Source: Octopus vulgaris (Eukaryota). Taken from it: a stretch of DNA of 64,000 nucleotides. Shown here piece by piece: positions 28,137 through 41,827 of this stretch (positions are counted from its first letter, which is position 1; every line of letters starts with the position of its first letter). The stretch spans positions 32,178,001 to 32,242,000 of the forward strand of contig OX597836.1 in NCBI GenBank assembly GCA_951406725.2, written 5' to 3'. The notes under the pieces are model-generated. The model was given only the letters and a program-made list of their open reading frames with translations. It made no database searches and was not told the origin of the DNA. A program made the translations under genes and the position numbers.

Positions 28137-28364
28137 CCCTTTCGCTACTAACCCGGCTGAAACTGGCTCTGGATCTGGCTCTGTAGTATAAATGTCCTGT
28201 TTCCATAAGTTTTGAATAAAAATGTTCCACCAAACCTTAGTCACAATTTATGTTCCTAACACTAGCTAAATGATAACCAAGTTATTTTATTAAATTCTTT
28301 GTTATATTTAAAACTAATTGAAAGAAACACTGAGCATCTCAACAGAAATATGGTAAAAAAAGAG
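28137..28364. mobile_element. piggyBac-like MITE, copy 1
   Basis: TTAA at 28133-28136 and 28365-28368; ends ccctttcgctac and gtaaaaaaagag. Confidence 0.8.
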
Positions 28365-28394
28365 TTAAAAGCCCTCAGGCCAGTACCACATTAA

Positions 28395-28615
28395 CTCTTT
28401 CAATACCAACCCAGCTGAAACTGCCTCTGGCTCTGTGGTATAAAGGTCCTGTTTTCATAAGTTTTGAATAAAAATCTTCCATCAAACCTTAGTCACGATT
28501 TATGTTTCTAACACTAGCTTAATGATAACCAAGTTATTTTATTAAATTCTTTGTTATATTTAAAGTAATTAAAAGAAACACAGAGTATATCGAAATAAAT
28601 ATGGTAACGAAAGGG
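28395..28615. mobile_element. piggyBac-like MITE, copy 2 in direct tandem
   Basis: TTAA at 28391-28394 and 28616-28619; internal sequence nearly identical to copy 1. Confidence 0.8.
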
Positions 28616-29507
28616 TTAATCATAACTTAAGCAGGGTTCAGTCTCTGCGTCCTTGACTTTCCTTTCACAAGTATGACTTAATAACGCAATACCAGTTGCA
28701 GGTCAATATAATGGCAAACACATACACACACACATATATACATGCATACATACACAGACTCACATATATTAATCAACAGCATTATAGATTTATTTCAGCC
28801 AATCTTATCAAATGGTTTTGCACAGGATATTAGATAACTGAGCAGTTATCTATATACAAATCCTCATCAGAGATGACAGGTAAGGAAAACAGTGTGAAAC
28901 TGTTCGGTAGGATTGGCTGTAATGGAGCCTTGGATGCTTTCATACACACACACATACACACACTCATATATCATCATCGTTTAAAGTTCACCTTCTATGC
29001 TGGCATGGGTGGATATTTATATATGTGACCATGTGTGTATTGTTGGCGATTTTTTTCTCCGTCTTCCCTTCCTTGGACCTTTCCTTTTTCTATGTTTCTG
29101 ACGAAAAGCTCCGCTCTAAGTGTTAAATCCTCCTTCTTTCTTTTCTTTCCGGAGCGTCCAATAACACTATACTTGTTCCATGTCCTCACGTTGTTGTGTT
29201 TTCTCTTTGTGTTTTCATGTTTGGATTAACTGTATATATATATACATACACACACACAACTTCTATACACAGTTTTCCTCAAATAATGGAACTGCAACTA
29301 CAATATCTTTACATATCTTATTTCTACTTTCATTCTCTTATTTTCCTCTATATTACTTATCTTTTCCACAATAATTAGAACTCAAATATTTTTTCACACC
29401 GTCTCTGATGAAGGGATATCCATAATATCCCAGAAACAGCCATAAGACTATTTCATTATAAATGTCCTGAAAACTCCTCACAGCTTTGGAGTTGTTATCT
29501 TATTCTG

Positions 29508-29557
<50 letters not shown>

Positions 29558-29720
29558 GAAATATTAAAATTACTAAGTCTCTCTAAAGGAGATTACAAAG
29601 GTTTATAATGGACGCAGTTTGTGTGTCAAATAGCTAGCATAAGGTGATGGCCTCATGGAGCTAATCAGCGACAGCTTTAGTTTTATATTTATAAGACTGC
29701 CATATTAGTATGGCGATAAC

Positions 29721-29767
<47 letters not shown>

Positions 29768-30967
29768 ATTTAGGGTATCTAAGAGATACCACCACGCTAT
29801 TCAATGGTGCTTGATCGAGTACGTATGTTAATTATCAGTGCTCTCAAATTTGAAATTTGAAATACTGTACTAATGAAGGGAATAAGTGAGTAGAAATATG
29901 ATTTTACATCTTTTTACATCTCTTTAACCTCAAAACGCGTATACAGTTAATCAAAGCTGGTTGGATTCGTTATTTTTTTTTCTCTTTACCTGCTTGAGTC
30001 GTTGAGTATTGCTGTCTGGGAGATATCTTATGGTAGTAGAAAAGTATTTTAACTGCTATTTCTAAATTTTGGTATGTAGTGAAGCAAATTTTGCTGAACC
30101 CTAATTATAATTATATATATATATATATGTATGTATGTATGTATGCATGCATATATCTATGTGTGTGTCTTTGTGTCTTTGTGTAACCCCACTTACTGCT
30201 TGACAACCGGTGTTGGTGTGTTTACATGCCTGTAACTTAGCAGTCTGGCAAAAGTGATCAACAGAATGAATCAGTATTAGGCGTACAAAGAAATAAGTCC
30301 TGGGGTCGGTTTGATCAACTAAAGGTGGGTGGTACTCCAGCATAGCCACAGTCAAAATAACTGAAACAATGAAAAAATAAAAGAATAAAAGAATATATAT
30401 ATATATATATATATATATAAGTATATAACAGATTTTTAATTGATTAATGGAGAATATGTACATACATATATATACATACATACAAACATACATACACACA
30501 TACACACATACATACACACACATACACACATATATACACATACACACACACACATATACACATAGCTATATTTGAGCAGGTGTGCATTTTCCAATATATT
30601 CTTCTCTTCATTTTGTTTTTTGTCTTTGTTCTCTTTTTTTTATTTATTTATTTATTTTTTTTGATATTACATATACTAGAATTGGAATGAAACAGAAGAT
30701 TTTAGCCTGATCTTTGCAGAAGCCTGACATACAAATTTCTGAAGCGTTCCACATTTTTGAACTCATAACTTAGCAGTCCAGCCAAAGACTTAAATAGAAT
30801 AATAAGCAAAATTAAAAGTTTTGGTGTTTGATTATTTGTCTAAGCCCTTCAGGGCAATGTTCTGCAATTATCATAACCCAAGATAAAAATTTGGCGAGAT
30901 TTGATATTCAGTTGCTATTTCTAGCATATCCAGTGACCCTGTGGAAGATCCTGATTTAGTTTACACA

Positions 30968-31974
30968 CATCATCATCATCGTTTAACGTCTGTTTTCCAT
31001 GCTGGCATGGGTTGGATGGTTTGACTGGGGACTGGCAAGCCAGGCGGCTGCACCAGGCGGCTGCACCAGGCGGCTGCACCAGGCTCCAATCTGATCTGGC
31101 AATGTTTCTACAGCTGGATGCCCTTCCTAATGCCAACCACTCCAAGAGTGTAGTGGGTACTTTCTATGTGCCACTGGCACGGAAGCCAGTCAGATGGCAC
31201 TAGCATTGGCCACAACTACAATTTCCATTTGATTATGATTTGATTTTTGATTTTGATTTTGATTTTACTTGACCCAATAGGTCTCATCAAGCACGGCAAG
31301 TCACCCGACAATTCAAAGGTACTTATTAAATGTCCTGGTTATGCAACCCTGGTATAGGCTATGGCTGTGATCTCACTTTACTTGCCGGGTCTTCTCAATC
31401 ATAGCATGTCTCCAGAGGTCTCGGTCTTTCCTCATTGCCTCTGTGAGACCCAATGTTCGAAGGTCATGCTTCACCACTTCATCCAATGTCTTCCTGGGTC
31501 TCTCTTTTCCACAGGTTCCTTCCACTTTAGGGAGTGACACTTCTTCACAGCTCTCCTCATCCATATGCAGCACATGACCATACAAGCACAGTCATCTCTC
31601 TTGCACACCACATCTGATGCTTTTCCAACATTTCTCTTAAGGCACTTACACTCTATCGTGTGTACACACTGACATTACACATCCAGCGGATCATGCTAGC
31701 TTCATTTCTTTCAAGCCTATGCATGTCTTCAGCAGTCACAGCCCATGTTACACTGCCATGTAGCATGGTAGTTCGCATACATGCATCATACAATCTACCT
31801 TTTACTACCATACAATCTACCTATCACCAGTAAAGGTAGGAGCTTTCTGAACTTTGCCCAGGCTATTCTTAGTCTAGTGACGACGCTCTCCAAGCATCCA
31901 CCCCCACTACAGACTTGGTCACCTAGGTAGTGGAAGCTATCAACTACTTCTAGATTCTCTCCCTGGCATGTGAA
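30968..31974 (-). mobile_element. 5'-truncated RTE-clade LINE (RT C-terminus, 3' UTR, (GAT)n tail)
   Basis: LEVVDSFHYLGDQVCSGGGC...AWAKFRKLLPLL and YGHVLHMDE...RPRKTLDEVVKHDL...DRDLW are RTE motifs; the frame is disrupted. Confidence 0.9.
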
Positions 31975-32373
31975 CACCTCGATGCATTTTTCATGTGTGT
32001 TGTGGTTTATATACATATGCAAATACACATACATAAGCATGCATGTATCATCATCATCATCATCATCATCTTCATTGTCATCACCATCATCATCAACATT
32101 AGCAACAGCAACAGCAGCATCGTCACCATCACCATCACCATCACCATCATCATCATCTTCATCAGCATCACCATCACAATGACCATTACCTTCATCATTA
32201 GTACCATCATCATCACCATCATCATCACCATCATCATCAACATTAGCAACAGCAGTATCATTACCATCACCATCACCATCATCATTTTCATCATCATCAC
32301 CATCACAATCACCATCACCTTCATCATCAGTACCATCATCATCATCATTGTCATCATCATTGTCATCATCATT

Positions 32374-32405
<32 letters not shown>

Positions 32406-32816
32406 CATTGTCATCATTTTAATGCCTACTTTTTCCCATGCTTGCATCGGTTGTGTAGTATTTATTAAAGCAGATGTTTTCAATAGCGGAATGCCTTTCC
32501 TGTCACCAACCTTCACCTGCTTCCAAGCAAGGTAATATTTCGCCCAATGACCAGAACATGTTTGCTCTTAGCTTGCGTAGGGTTAAGACAGTCTCTTTTT
32601 TCTTTTGATTCTCCTGTCACGCACGTAGTAAGTTGACACCCTGAAGAATGACTCAGTAGTTCAATACATGTTGCAGATCAATAAAATGGCATTGGTTGTA
32701 TGACAGCAATAATCATTTTACAAGTATCACATGATGTCAAGGCAAGGAGACACAAAAGTACACACATATGCATGAATATAAACATGTACATAAATATATA
32801 CTTACATATATACATA

Positions 32817-33463
32817 TAGCAGAACCGTTAGCATACCAGGTGAAATGCTTAGTAGTATTTCATCTGTCGCTACATTCTGAGTTCAAATTCCGCCGAGGCT
32901 GACTTTGCCTTTCATCCTTTTGGGGTTGATTAAATAAGTACCAGTTACACACTGGCGTCGATGTTATCAACTTAATCCCTTTGTCTATCCTTGTTTGTTG
33001 CCTCTATGTTTAGCCCCTTGTAGGCAATAAAGAAATAAATATATATATATACAGATGTGGCTGTGTGATAAGTATCTGCTTACCAACCACATGGTTCTGG
33101 GTTCAGTCCCACTGCGTGGCACCTTGGGCAAGTGTCTTCTACTATAGCCTCGGGTTGACCAAAGCCTTGTGAGTGGATTTGGTAGACGGAAACTGGAAGA
33201 AGCCCATCGTATATATGTATATATATATGTGTGTGTGTGTATGTGTGTGTATGTTTGTGTGTCTGTGTTTACACCCCCAACATCGCTTCACAACCGATGC
33301 TGGTGTGTTTACGTCCCCGTAACTTAGTAGTTCATCAAAAGAGACCAATAGAATAAGTACTAGGCTTACAAAGAATAAGTCTTGGGGTCGATTTGCTTGA
33401 CTAAAGGTGGTACTCTAGCATGGCCACAGTCAAATGACTGAAACAAGTAAAAGAATAAAAGAG
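32817..33463 (+). mobile_element. Adjacent SINE A (32817-33037) and SINE B (33052-33463)
   Basis: Homology to the other copies. Confidence 0.88.
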
Positions 33464-33564
33464 AATTAGGTGCATATTTTGCCATAAAAGGAAAATGTTA
33501 CTATTGATCTGTTTTATTCAGGGTAGGTACTCGCTACCTTTCCTACCCAGGTGGCACGTCCCTG

Positions 33565-33607
<43 letters not shown>

Positions 33608-33852
33608 AATAAGAAAATGGAGGAAGAGATTCATTTCAATCATCGACTTACAGATATTACCAATTCATATTATTTATTAACTACATAAATAGGAACATCC
33701 AAATCCAACAAAACAAAACAATATACATCAATATGTAAGATAATAATACCATCGGTACTATCATATTTGGCATTTTGGTGTTTCACCAGCAGTATATTGG
33801 ATAACTGATATCCCATAGTGGGTTACACTCATAACCTTTATCTCACTTTGTA

Positions 33853-33901
<49 letters not shown>

Positions 33902-34534
33902 TAATAAATAAAATATATGCATACATACAAACATATATGTACGTACCTACATCTACATGTATATATACATGCATATATAAATATATACACGTGAGTACAG
34001 GACACCACAACTAGACATAGAACTCAACGAGAAATGAAAAAGGAAGAACCAATTTTTTTACAACAGAAAAACAGAGACGTAGAACTCAACGAGAAACAAA
34101 AATGGAAAAACCATTTTTTTACAACAGGAAAACAGAGTACAGGACAACTACACAAGGAAAAATCCCCTATCATTTTCGTTCCGTTCTTTATTCTCCCTGT
34201 CCTGTTTTATATATATATATATTTAAGTCACAATATATGGATTGAAGAGATCTGGTAGTACTCATCAAAAATGTTCCTTAATGTATCATTCTGCAATGGA
34301 TTTCTTTTTCAACCCAAAGACCTAGATTAATATCTGCATTAATTTAAAGATTGTTTATATTAATGCAGACCTGTAAGTAATTTATCATTTATTATAAAAT
34401 ATAATAAAATAAATTATCTTTGCATATTTTATTAAGTTGCAAAGCTATGGTCATGATATAAGAATTTCCAATGGTTAAATAAATTTTATCATACTATATT
34501 TCTCTCATTATTTATAACTTTATATACATATATA

Positions 34535-34950
34535 GGCGCAGGAGTGGCTGTGTGGTAAGTAGCTTGCTTACCAACCACATGGTTCCGGGTTCAGTCCCAC
34601 TGCGTGGCATCTTGGGCAAGTGTCTTCTGCTATAGCCCCGGGCCAACCAATGCCTTGTGAGTGGATTTGGTAGACGGAAACTGAAAGAAGCCTGTCATAT
34701 ATATGTATGTATATATATGTGTGTGTATGTGTTTGTGTGTCTGTGTTTGTCTCCCTAGCATTGCTTGACAACCGATGCTGGTGTGTTTCCGTCCCCGTCA
34801 CTTAGCGGTTCGGCAAAAGAGACCGATAGAATAAGTACTGGGCTTAGAAAGAATAAGTCCCAGGGTCGATTTGCTCAACTAAAGGCGGTGCTCCAGCATG
34901 GCCGCAGTCAAATGACTGAAACAAGTAAAAGAGTAAAAGAGTAAAGAGTA
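34535..34950 (+). mobile_element. SINE family B, well-preserved copy
   Basis: A-box tggctgtgtgg, B-box ggttcagtcc, CORE-like cttgggcaagtgtctt, internal microsatellite, (AAAGAGT)n tail. Confidence 0.92.
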
Positions 34951-35091
34951 TATACTTTGTTGCTGCATTTTGTTTGCAAGATTCTTGATGTGAATTCATG
35001 AGTTGAAACAAATTTTGTTGTGTCTGGGGAGAGTCATTATGTCAATATTAATACCATATGCACTTGTTCAATTCCATTCATTTATGTGTAT

Positions 35092-35096
<5 letters not shown>

Positions 35097-35123
<27 letters not shown>

Positions 35124-35367
35124 GTTTAATGTCTGTTTTCCATGCTAGCATGGGTTGGAAGGTTTGACCAAGGTCTGGCAAGCCGGGAGGCTGCACCAGG
35201 CTCCAGTCTGATCTGGCAGTGTTTCTACAGCTCGATGCCCTTCCTAATGCCAACCACTCTGTGAGTGTAGTGGGTGCTTTTTACATACCACCAGCACAAG
35301 GGCCTGAGGAGGCAACGGCCATGATTGGTTGGTGTTTTTTATGTGCCACTGGCAGAGAAACCGGTCA
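35097..35367 (-). mobile_element. RTE 3' UTR fragment
   Basis: Matches 30968-31200. Similar copies lie at 41534-41700 (-) and 59843-60165 (+). Confidence 0.8.
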
Positions 35368-35405
35368 ATATATATATATATATATATATATATACACTCA
35401 TATAC

Positions 35406-35451
<46 letters not shown>

Positions 35452-35561
35452 GTATATATATACATATACATATATAAACATATATATACATATTTGTGCA
35501 TGTGTATATATATATACACACATATACATATACATGTATATATACATATACATATATAAAC

Positions 35562-35594
<33 letters not shown>

Positions 35595-35629
35595 TATACA
35601 TATATCTTTATGTATACACACACACAGAC

Positions 35630-35692
<63 letters not shown>

Positions 35693-36299
35693 GTCTGATG
35701 ATGGTTAACTGGCCAAAGCTTTGAAGTCAATCTCAGTAATATTTTTGTCTAAGAAAAATAAATTTGCACTTTACGAAATCACAAAGTAACAGTTCAGATT
35801 AACGTTATACTGTTTTTTATTTTAATGGAGCAGAAAAACAAACACGCACACATACACGCACACATATACATATATACCTCGTGTGTGCATATTTGTGTGT
35901 TCATGTGTGCACATAAGCCAATGTGTGTGCATGTGCATGTGTGTGTGTAAAGTTTTCTTTTTTTCCAATTTATTCTTTGCTTTGTTTCACTATATTTTTT
36001 AAAACCATAATACTTCAATTCTTTAAAACTTTTCCGTCTTTCTAATCTTCCACAATAACAATGGATAAAATATCAGTTTTATTGCATCCCCTGTTTATTT
36101 GTATTCTCCTGATATTTCTGTGTTACTCACTCTTCGCAGAGCACTTAACACTTTATAATACATAACGATTAATTATCGTTTTACCATTAACATGAAACAG
36201 AAGAACGAAAGTATTATACTGTTTTATAAAATTAGTAAGAAAAAAAATCAACCTGAAGAAATAATGATTCTTTAATTATAAGAGAATACTCAAGAACAA

Positions 36300-37068
36300 A
36301 AGAAAGAGAGAAACAGATTGAGAGTGGAAACAGGAAAGAGAGAGAGAGAGAGGAGAAAGAGAGGAGGAGAAAGAGAGAGTGGGGGGATGAGAGAGGGAGA
36401 GAGGAGGAGGAGAAAGAGCGAGAGGAAGATGAGAAGGAGAAAGGAGAGAGAGAAGGAGGAGAAGAAAGGGAGAGAGAAGGAGAAAGAGAGAGAGGAGGAG
36501 AAGAAAGAGAGAGAGGAGAAGGAGAAAGAGAGAGAGGAGGAGAAAGAGAGAGAGGAGGAGAAGAAAGAGAGAGGAGGAGAAGAAAGAGAGAGGAGGAGAA
36601 AGAGAGAGAAGAGAATGAGAAAGAGAGAGAGGAAGAGGAGGTGGAGAAAGAGAGAGAGGTAGAGAAGAGAGAGAGGTAGAGAAGAGAGAGAGGAGGAGGA
36701 GAAAGAGAGAGACAGAAGGAGGGAGATAAGATGTAAGAAAATACACAACACTTTTTAAGAACAAAAGAAAGAAAGAAAGAAATAGAGAGACAGTGAGGAA
36801 AGGGAGAGAGAAAGAAGAGAAAGAGAGAGAAAAGGGGAAGAGAAAGGGGAGGAGGGTGGCGGAAGAGAGAAGAGGAGGGTGAGAGAAAGGAGGCAGGAGA
36901 GGGAGGAAGCAGGAGAGAGAGGAGGCAGGAGAGAGAGGAAGTAGGAGAGAGAGGAGGGAGGAGAGAGAGAGAGAATGCAGGTGAAAGAGAAGATGGAGAG
37001 AGAAAGGAGGAAGTGAGAGAGAGGGATGATGATGATGATGATGAGGAGGAGGAGGAGGAGGAGAGAGC
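36300..37068. repeat. Polypurine (A/G) low-complexity tract
   Basis: About 770 bp almost entirely A and G on the + strand. Confidence 0.9.
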
Positions 37069-37347
37069 CAATCATTTGCTATAAAAGTATGTCACAATAT
37101 AGAAGAGAATGTGATGTTTATTTTGAAGTAGCGTTAGTGTTTGTTTTCTGCGTTTTCGCAACCTTTTGCCATTTTATTCTCTAACACCAAATCAATTTAC
37201 AGGCATCCATCATCCCCACACATTTACAGAAATACGGCGTTTCTCACAAAGTCTTACTTTAAATATGAAATGTCTTAATAGGAAAGAGGCAAAAGAGGCA
37301 AAACCTATTTTCCTCATATTGACTTCCATGTTATGAAGCAGGAATGG

Positions 37348-37768
37348 TTTACATAATTAACATAAATAATGTGAGTTATGCCCATTGTTATCATTTACAT
37401 AATTAACATAATTAATGCGAGTTATGCCCATTGTCATCGTTTATATAATTAACATAATTAATGCTGCAAGATATGCCCATCATCATCATTTATATAATTA
37501 ACATAAATAATGCGAGTTATTCCCATTGTCATCGTTTACATAATTAACATAATTAATGCTGTGAGATATGCCCATCATCATCATTTATATAATTAACATA
37601 AATAATGCGAGTTATGCCCATTGTCATCGTTTACATAATTAACATAATTAATGCTGCGAGATATGCCCATCATCATCATTTACATAATTAACATAATTAA
37701 TGTGAGTTATGCCCATTGTCATCATTTACATAATTATAATAATTAATGCGAGTTATGCCCATCATCAT
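37348..37768 (+). repeat. Minisatellite of 9 units of 46/49 bp with 95-bp higher-order structure
   Basis: Units start at 37348, 37394, 37440, 37489, 37535, 37584, 37630, 37679 and 37725. Confidence 0.95.
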
Positions 37769-39197
37769 TATTTAACATCCAGGGGTTGAGCAGTTTGATA
37801 GGGAACTTGTGAGCTGTAGGGCTGAGCCATACTCTGGTGTCGGCTTTGGCATGGTTTCTATGGCTGAGTGCTCTTCATTGCACCATCCATCTTACAATGT
37901 GTACTGGATGGCTTTTTGAGGTTTTATCCTGGCACCATCACTAGTGAGGCCACCAAGTAAGTTACAAGACAGAAAAGAACAGGAAAAAGGAAAGCCCCCA
38001 CCGGAGAGTAAGTGGCAACCAACTCAAAAGAGTTTATTTGGTTGGAGGCTATCATAGAAGACAGGTGCAACACAGCAGGACTGAACCTTCCCACATACTC
38101 ACTGCACCTACGCTAGATTCTTGTTCAAGTTTTCTCCATAGATCTATGTCTGTATAAATCTACAAGTCTGCCTCAACATTTTTTTTTCTCCCTTACTTTT
38201 GCTGTTGTTTAATACCAGACCAAAATAGTAGCAATCAGAAAAAAAAACCCCAAAAAAACCTCTATATTTATCTCTGGTGAAGTAAGTTTCTATTTATTCT
38301 TTTAACAAAACTATTATCACATATATTCAAGAAATGATCATCCAGTCTTTTGGTGAGAAACATCATAATCAAGGCTACATTGTTCTGTCATTTTATGTGT
38401 TTATTTTTCCATTTATGAAGAGCGTAAGGTATAATTTGACGGAGGTTTGCCTTGCGATCTCTCAATAAATAAGTAATTACCTAGATCCCTTCTTTGTTAT
38501 TTCATAGATGATATATTGACAGTTCAGATGAACAAAGGCGTTCTAGTTATTACCATCCTGTCTTTTTCTCAGACATGGTTCCTCCCTTTTCAAACAGAGT
38601 TGTGGTTTGACAGTATCACCATTCCTTTACTGATAAATTCTAGTATATTTGGCATTTAAGTCATCAAAGTATTCTTCCATTATATATATATTTTTTTTTG
38701 GTCGTTGTTTGTTTCTTTTCCATGGAACTACCACTAACACACCACACCTATCATCACTATCACCACCACTGCTACCACCACCACCACCACTGCCACCACC
38801 ATTATTTCATCTCTGAAATAATCCAAACTGTTGGTTACATTATCGACGTTATTGTTGTTTAACACCCTGTCAACTCTGGTCCAAAAGTCCTATGACCTAC
38901 GTAAAGCATTCCAATAATTTTCTAAGGGGTATCCAAACCCTTCTTTTAATTAGCTCTTTAACTGAAAAATTAAATTTTATGGTTATTCCTGTAACAATGT
39001 TAATTATCTACCAAAAAATAGAATTGGTATTTTCTGCAAGTCACGTATCTTTCAATAGACTTGACATATGTCAACAGAAAATAGTTTCAAACATGACATT
39101 CCTCAACAAAAGATAGATTGGTGATTAAAACTAATCTACAGATAAGGCTAATGAAATTTTGAGTGCATCTATCTGATTTCTGTAGTAAAAGCATTAA

Positions 39198-39496
39198 CCC
39201 ATTAAGTCCCGGAGTACTAAAATATCTGAATATTACTTTTAATTTTTACAAATGATTGAAAATAGATTAAAATGAAAAAAATTAATTATTAAAACTCCTT
39301 TCCTTCATATTACTTTAAAATTTTTACAAACGATTGAAAATAGGTTAAAAGGAAAAATTAATTATTAAAACTCCTTTACTTCAAATAGAAATGGAAATAC
39401 TCAGTGTCCTATAAATAGGACACTGAGACAATGTGATATAGCTAATTTAATGTTCTCATTTAGTGTCCTATTTATAGGACAGTGGGTCTTAATGGG
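39198..39496. mobile_element. piggyBac-like MITE
   Basis: TTAA on both sides; TIRs cccattaagtccc and gggtcttaatggg; sub-terminal palindrome agtgtcctataaataggacact. Confidence 0.8.
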
Positions 39497-39542
39497 TTAA
39501 AATATAAATAGAAGACATTGGATAATATGAACCCGGGTTCAG

Positions 39543-39792
39543 TATGTCTGGAAAAAAATTCAATGTGTCTGGGAAAAAAATTCAATGTGTCTGGAAAAAA
39601 ATTCAATGTGTCTGGAAAAAATTCAATGTGTCTGGAAAAAAATTCAATGTGTCTGGAAAAAAAATTCAATGTGTCTGGAAAAAAATTCAATGTGTCTGGG
39701 AAAAAAATTCAATGTGTCTGGAAAAAAAATTCAATGTGTCTGAAAAAAAAATTCAATGTGTCTGGAAAAAAATTCAATGTGTCTGGAAAAAA
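39543..39792 (+). repeat. Minisatellite, ~21-22-bp unit, about 11-12 copies
   Basis: ttcaatgtgtctgg followed by a variable A run. Confidence 0.95.
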
Positions 39793-40496
39793 CAGTCATG
39801 GTTGGAATATCTTTGATCACAGGTTTGATGAGATCCTTTAACCCTTAAACTGTGAAATTAAATTTCGTGGTTATTCCAGTAATGATGTTAAGTATCTACC
39901 AAAAGTATTTCTTAAAAAACTTGTTGTTTCAATAAACTTGATATAACAGAAATCAGTTTCCAACATTACATTCTTCGACACAACATAGGTTGGAGTATAA
40001 AACTTGCTTTCTTGCTTTCTGCAGTTAGTGGTAATGAAATTTTGAGTGGACATATCTAATTTCTACAGTAAAAGGGCGATTGTAGTTGAATGGGATTTGA
40101 TGAAAATAAAGTGGCTACGTCCGGTAGATTGGCTAGCTGTGAGAAAGCACCTTCTCAAACTCAAAAACTATTTGTTATTTGGCATCAAATGTGTCCTGAT
40201 TGAATAGATCTATAATTAAAGGCATTCTAACTGGACATTGTGTCTTTATAAAGATACACGAATTATATTCCTTGAAGTCTTCTCTTTATTATTTAAGATA
40301 ACAGGGGTGATTTGAAGGAATTTTGGCTGCTAATTCTATCAGGTTCAAAGAGTGTGTACAGGCTTCCTGGTTGAGATCAAACAAGAGATGTAACAGGATA
40401 TGAATAATTTGTAACAGGATGTGATGACTCTTCTGCCAAAAGCCAGACTTTTATCAATTTTGAAACTGACTCACATAGTTTGTGTGCATACAGGTA

Positions 40497-40541
<45 letters not shown>

Positions 40542-40629
40542 GTGTGTGTGTGTTTTCCTAGAGTTTTATTTAAGTTCTTAAAAGGGTTCAAGCTGGTTGC
40601 TAACAAAATATGAACACTTTTTGAGTTAA

Positions 40630-40849
40630 CCGTTTAGCATTTAAACTGACCATCTCCGGCCCAAATATTCTACCTGTTTTATATTCAAACTGGCCAGATC
40701 CTGCTTCTTACACCTACCCTACAATGTCATTCTAAAAACATTCAATCACGTCATCAGAATCTCCAAGCTAAGAGATAATTCACAATTAATTCAAAATGAT
40801 GTGAATAAGTAAGCAATACATTTGACAGAGTAAACTGAATGCTAAAGGG
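40630..40849. mobile_element. piggyBac-like MITE
   Basis: TTAA at 40626-40629 and 40850-40853; TIRs ccgtttagcatt and aatgctaaaggg. Confidence 0.82.
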
Positions 40850-41241
40850 TTAAGAGAGTTCCCATCATCATCATCATCATCATTTAGCATCCGCTTTCCA
40901 TAGGTTGGATGGTCTGAGATAAAACTGGCTAGGAGGGAACTGTCCAGAATCCAATTATCTGTTGTAACATGGCTTCTACAGTTGGATACCTTTCCTAATG
41001 CTAATGTTTGTAAATATTTGGTTGCATTGGTGTGTTGTGTGAAACATCAATGCATATACACCAAAATGTACAGGTCTATTCCTTTAAAGAATTTTGGATG
41101 GCGAATCTTTGGAATGTCTTACAAATCTTCACTGTGCCACAAATACATTCGATTTGGAGAATTCAAATAATTTTCTTTTGTTCTTTCTTCATAAAATTTA
41201 GTGTTTATAGTTTGTTTGTTTTTTCCTTTTGTGTAAACTTG

Positions 41242-41472
41242 TATTTTTTATTGCCCACAAGGGGATAAACATAGAGGGGACAAACAAGGAAAGACAAACG
41301 GATTAAGTCGATTACAATGACCCCAGTGCGTAACGGTTACTTAATTTATCGAGCCCGAAAGGATGAAAGGCAAAGTCGACCTTGGCAGAATTTGAACTCA
41401 GAACATAACTGCAGACGAAATACTGCTAAGCATTTCGCCTGGTGTGCTAACGGTTCTGCTAGCTCACCCACC
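41242..41472 (-). mobile_element. SINE family A, tail type 1
   Basis: Reverse complement of 43624-43856. Confidence 0.88.
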
Positions 41473-41786
41473 ATCTGAGCACGATCGAATATTGATGATG
41501 ATGATGATGATAGGTACAAATGTAAGTATGGGTCATCATCATCATCATTGTTGTTTAACGTTCGCTTTTCATACTGGCATTGGTTGGACGGTTTGACTGA
41601 GGGTTGGCAAACCAGAAGGCTGCACCAGGCTTCAATCTAATCTGGCAAGGTTTCTACAGCTGGATGCCCTTCCTAACGCCAACCACACCAAGAGTCTAGT
41701 ATATATGTATCTATGTATGTATTATGTATATATGTATTTACCCATGTAAGCATGTATGTACATATAAGCATGTTTGTGAGTGTGTG

Positions 41787-41827
<41 letters not shown>

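Noticed and set aside
34535-34610. tRNA genes at SINE heads
   Set aside because: A/B boxes run straight into SINE bodies, and no complete cloverleaf is evident.
35691-35730. CTGATGA here (and CTGAAGA at 4182 and 32641) as hammerheads
   Set aside because: No convincing GAAA box or stem I/III pairing.
37201-37340. Candidate otoferlin exon 2 after ttacag|gc
   Set aside because: The translation GIHHPHTFTEIRR does not resemble C2A, and there is no donor at the expected distance.
39543-39792. 21-bp repeat as a CRISPR array or a KKFNVSG repeat protein
   Set aside because: Head-to-tail units with variable A runs that shift frame; no spacers.
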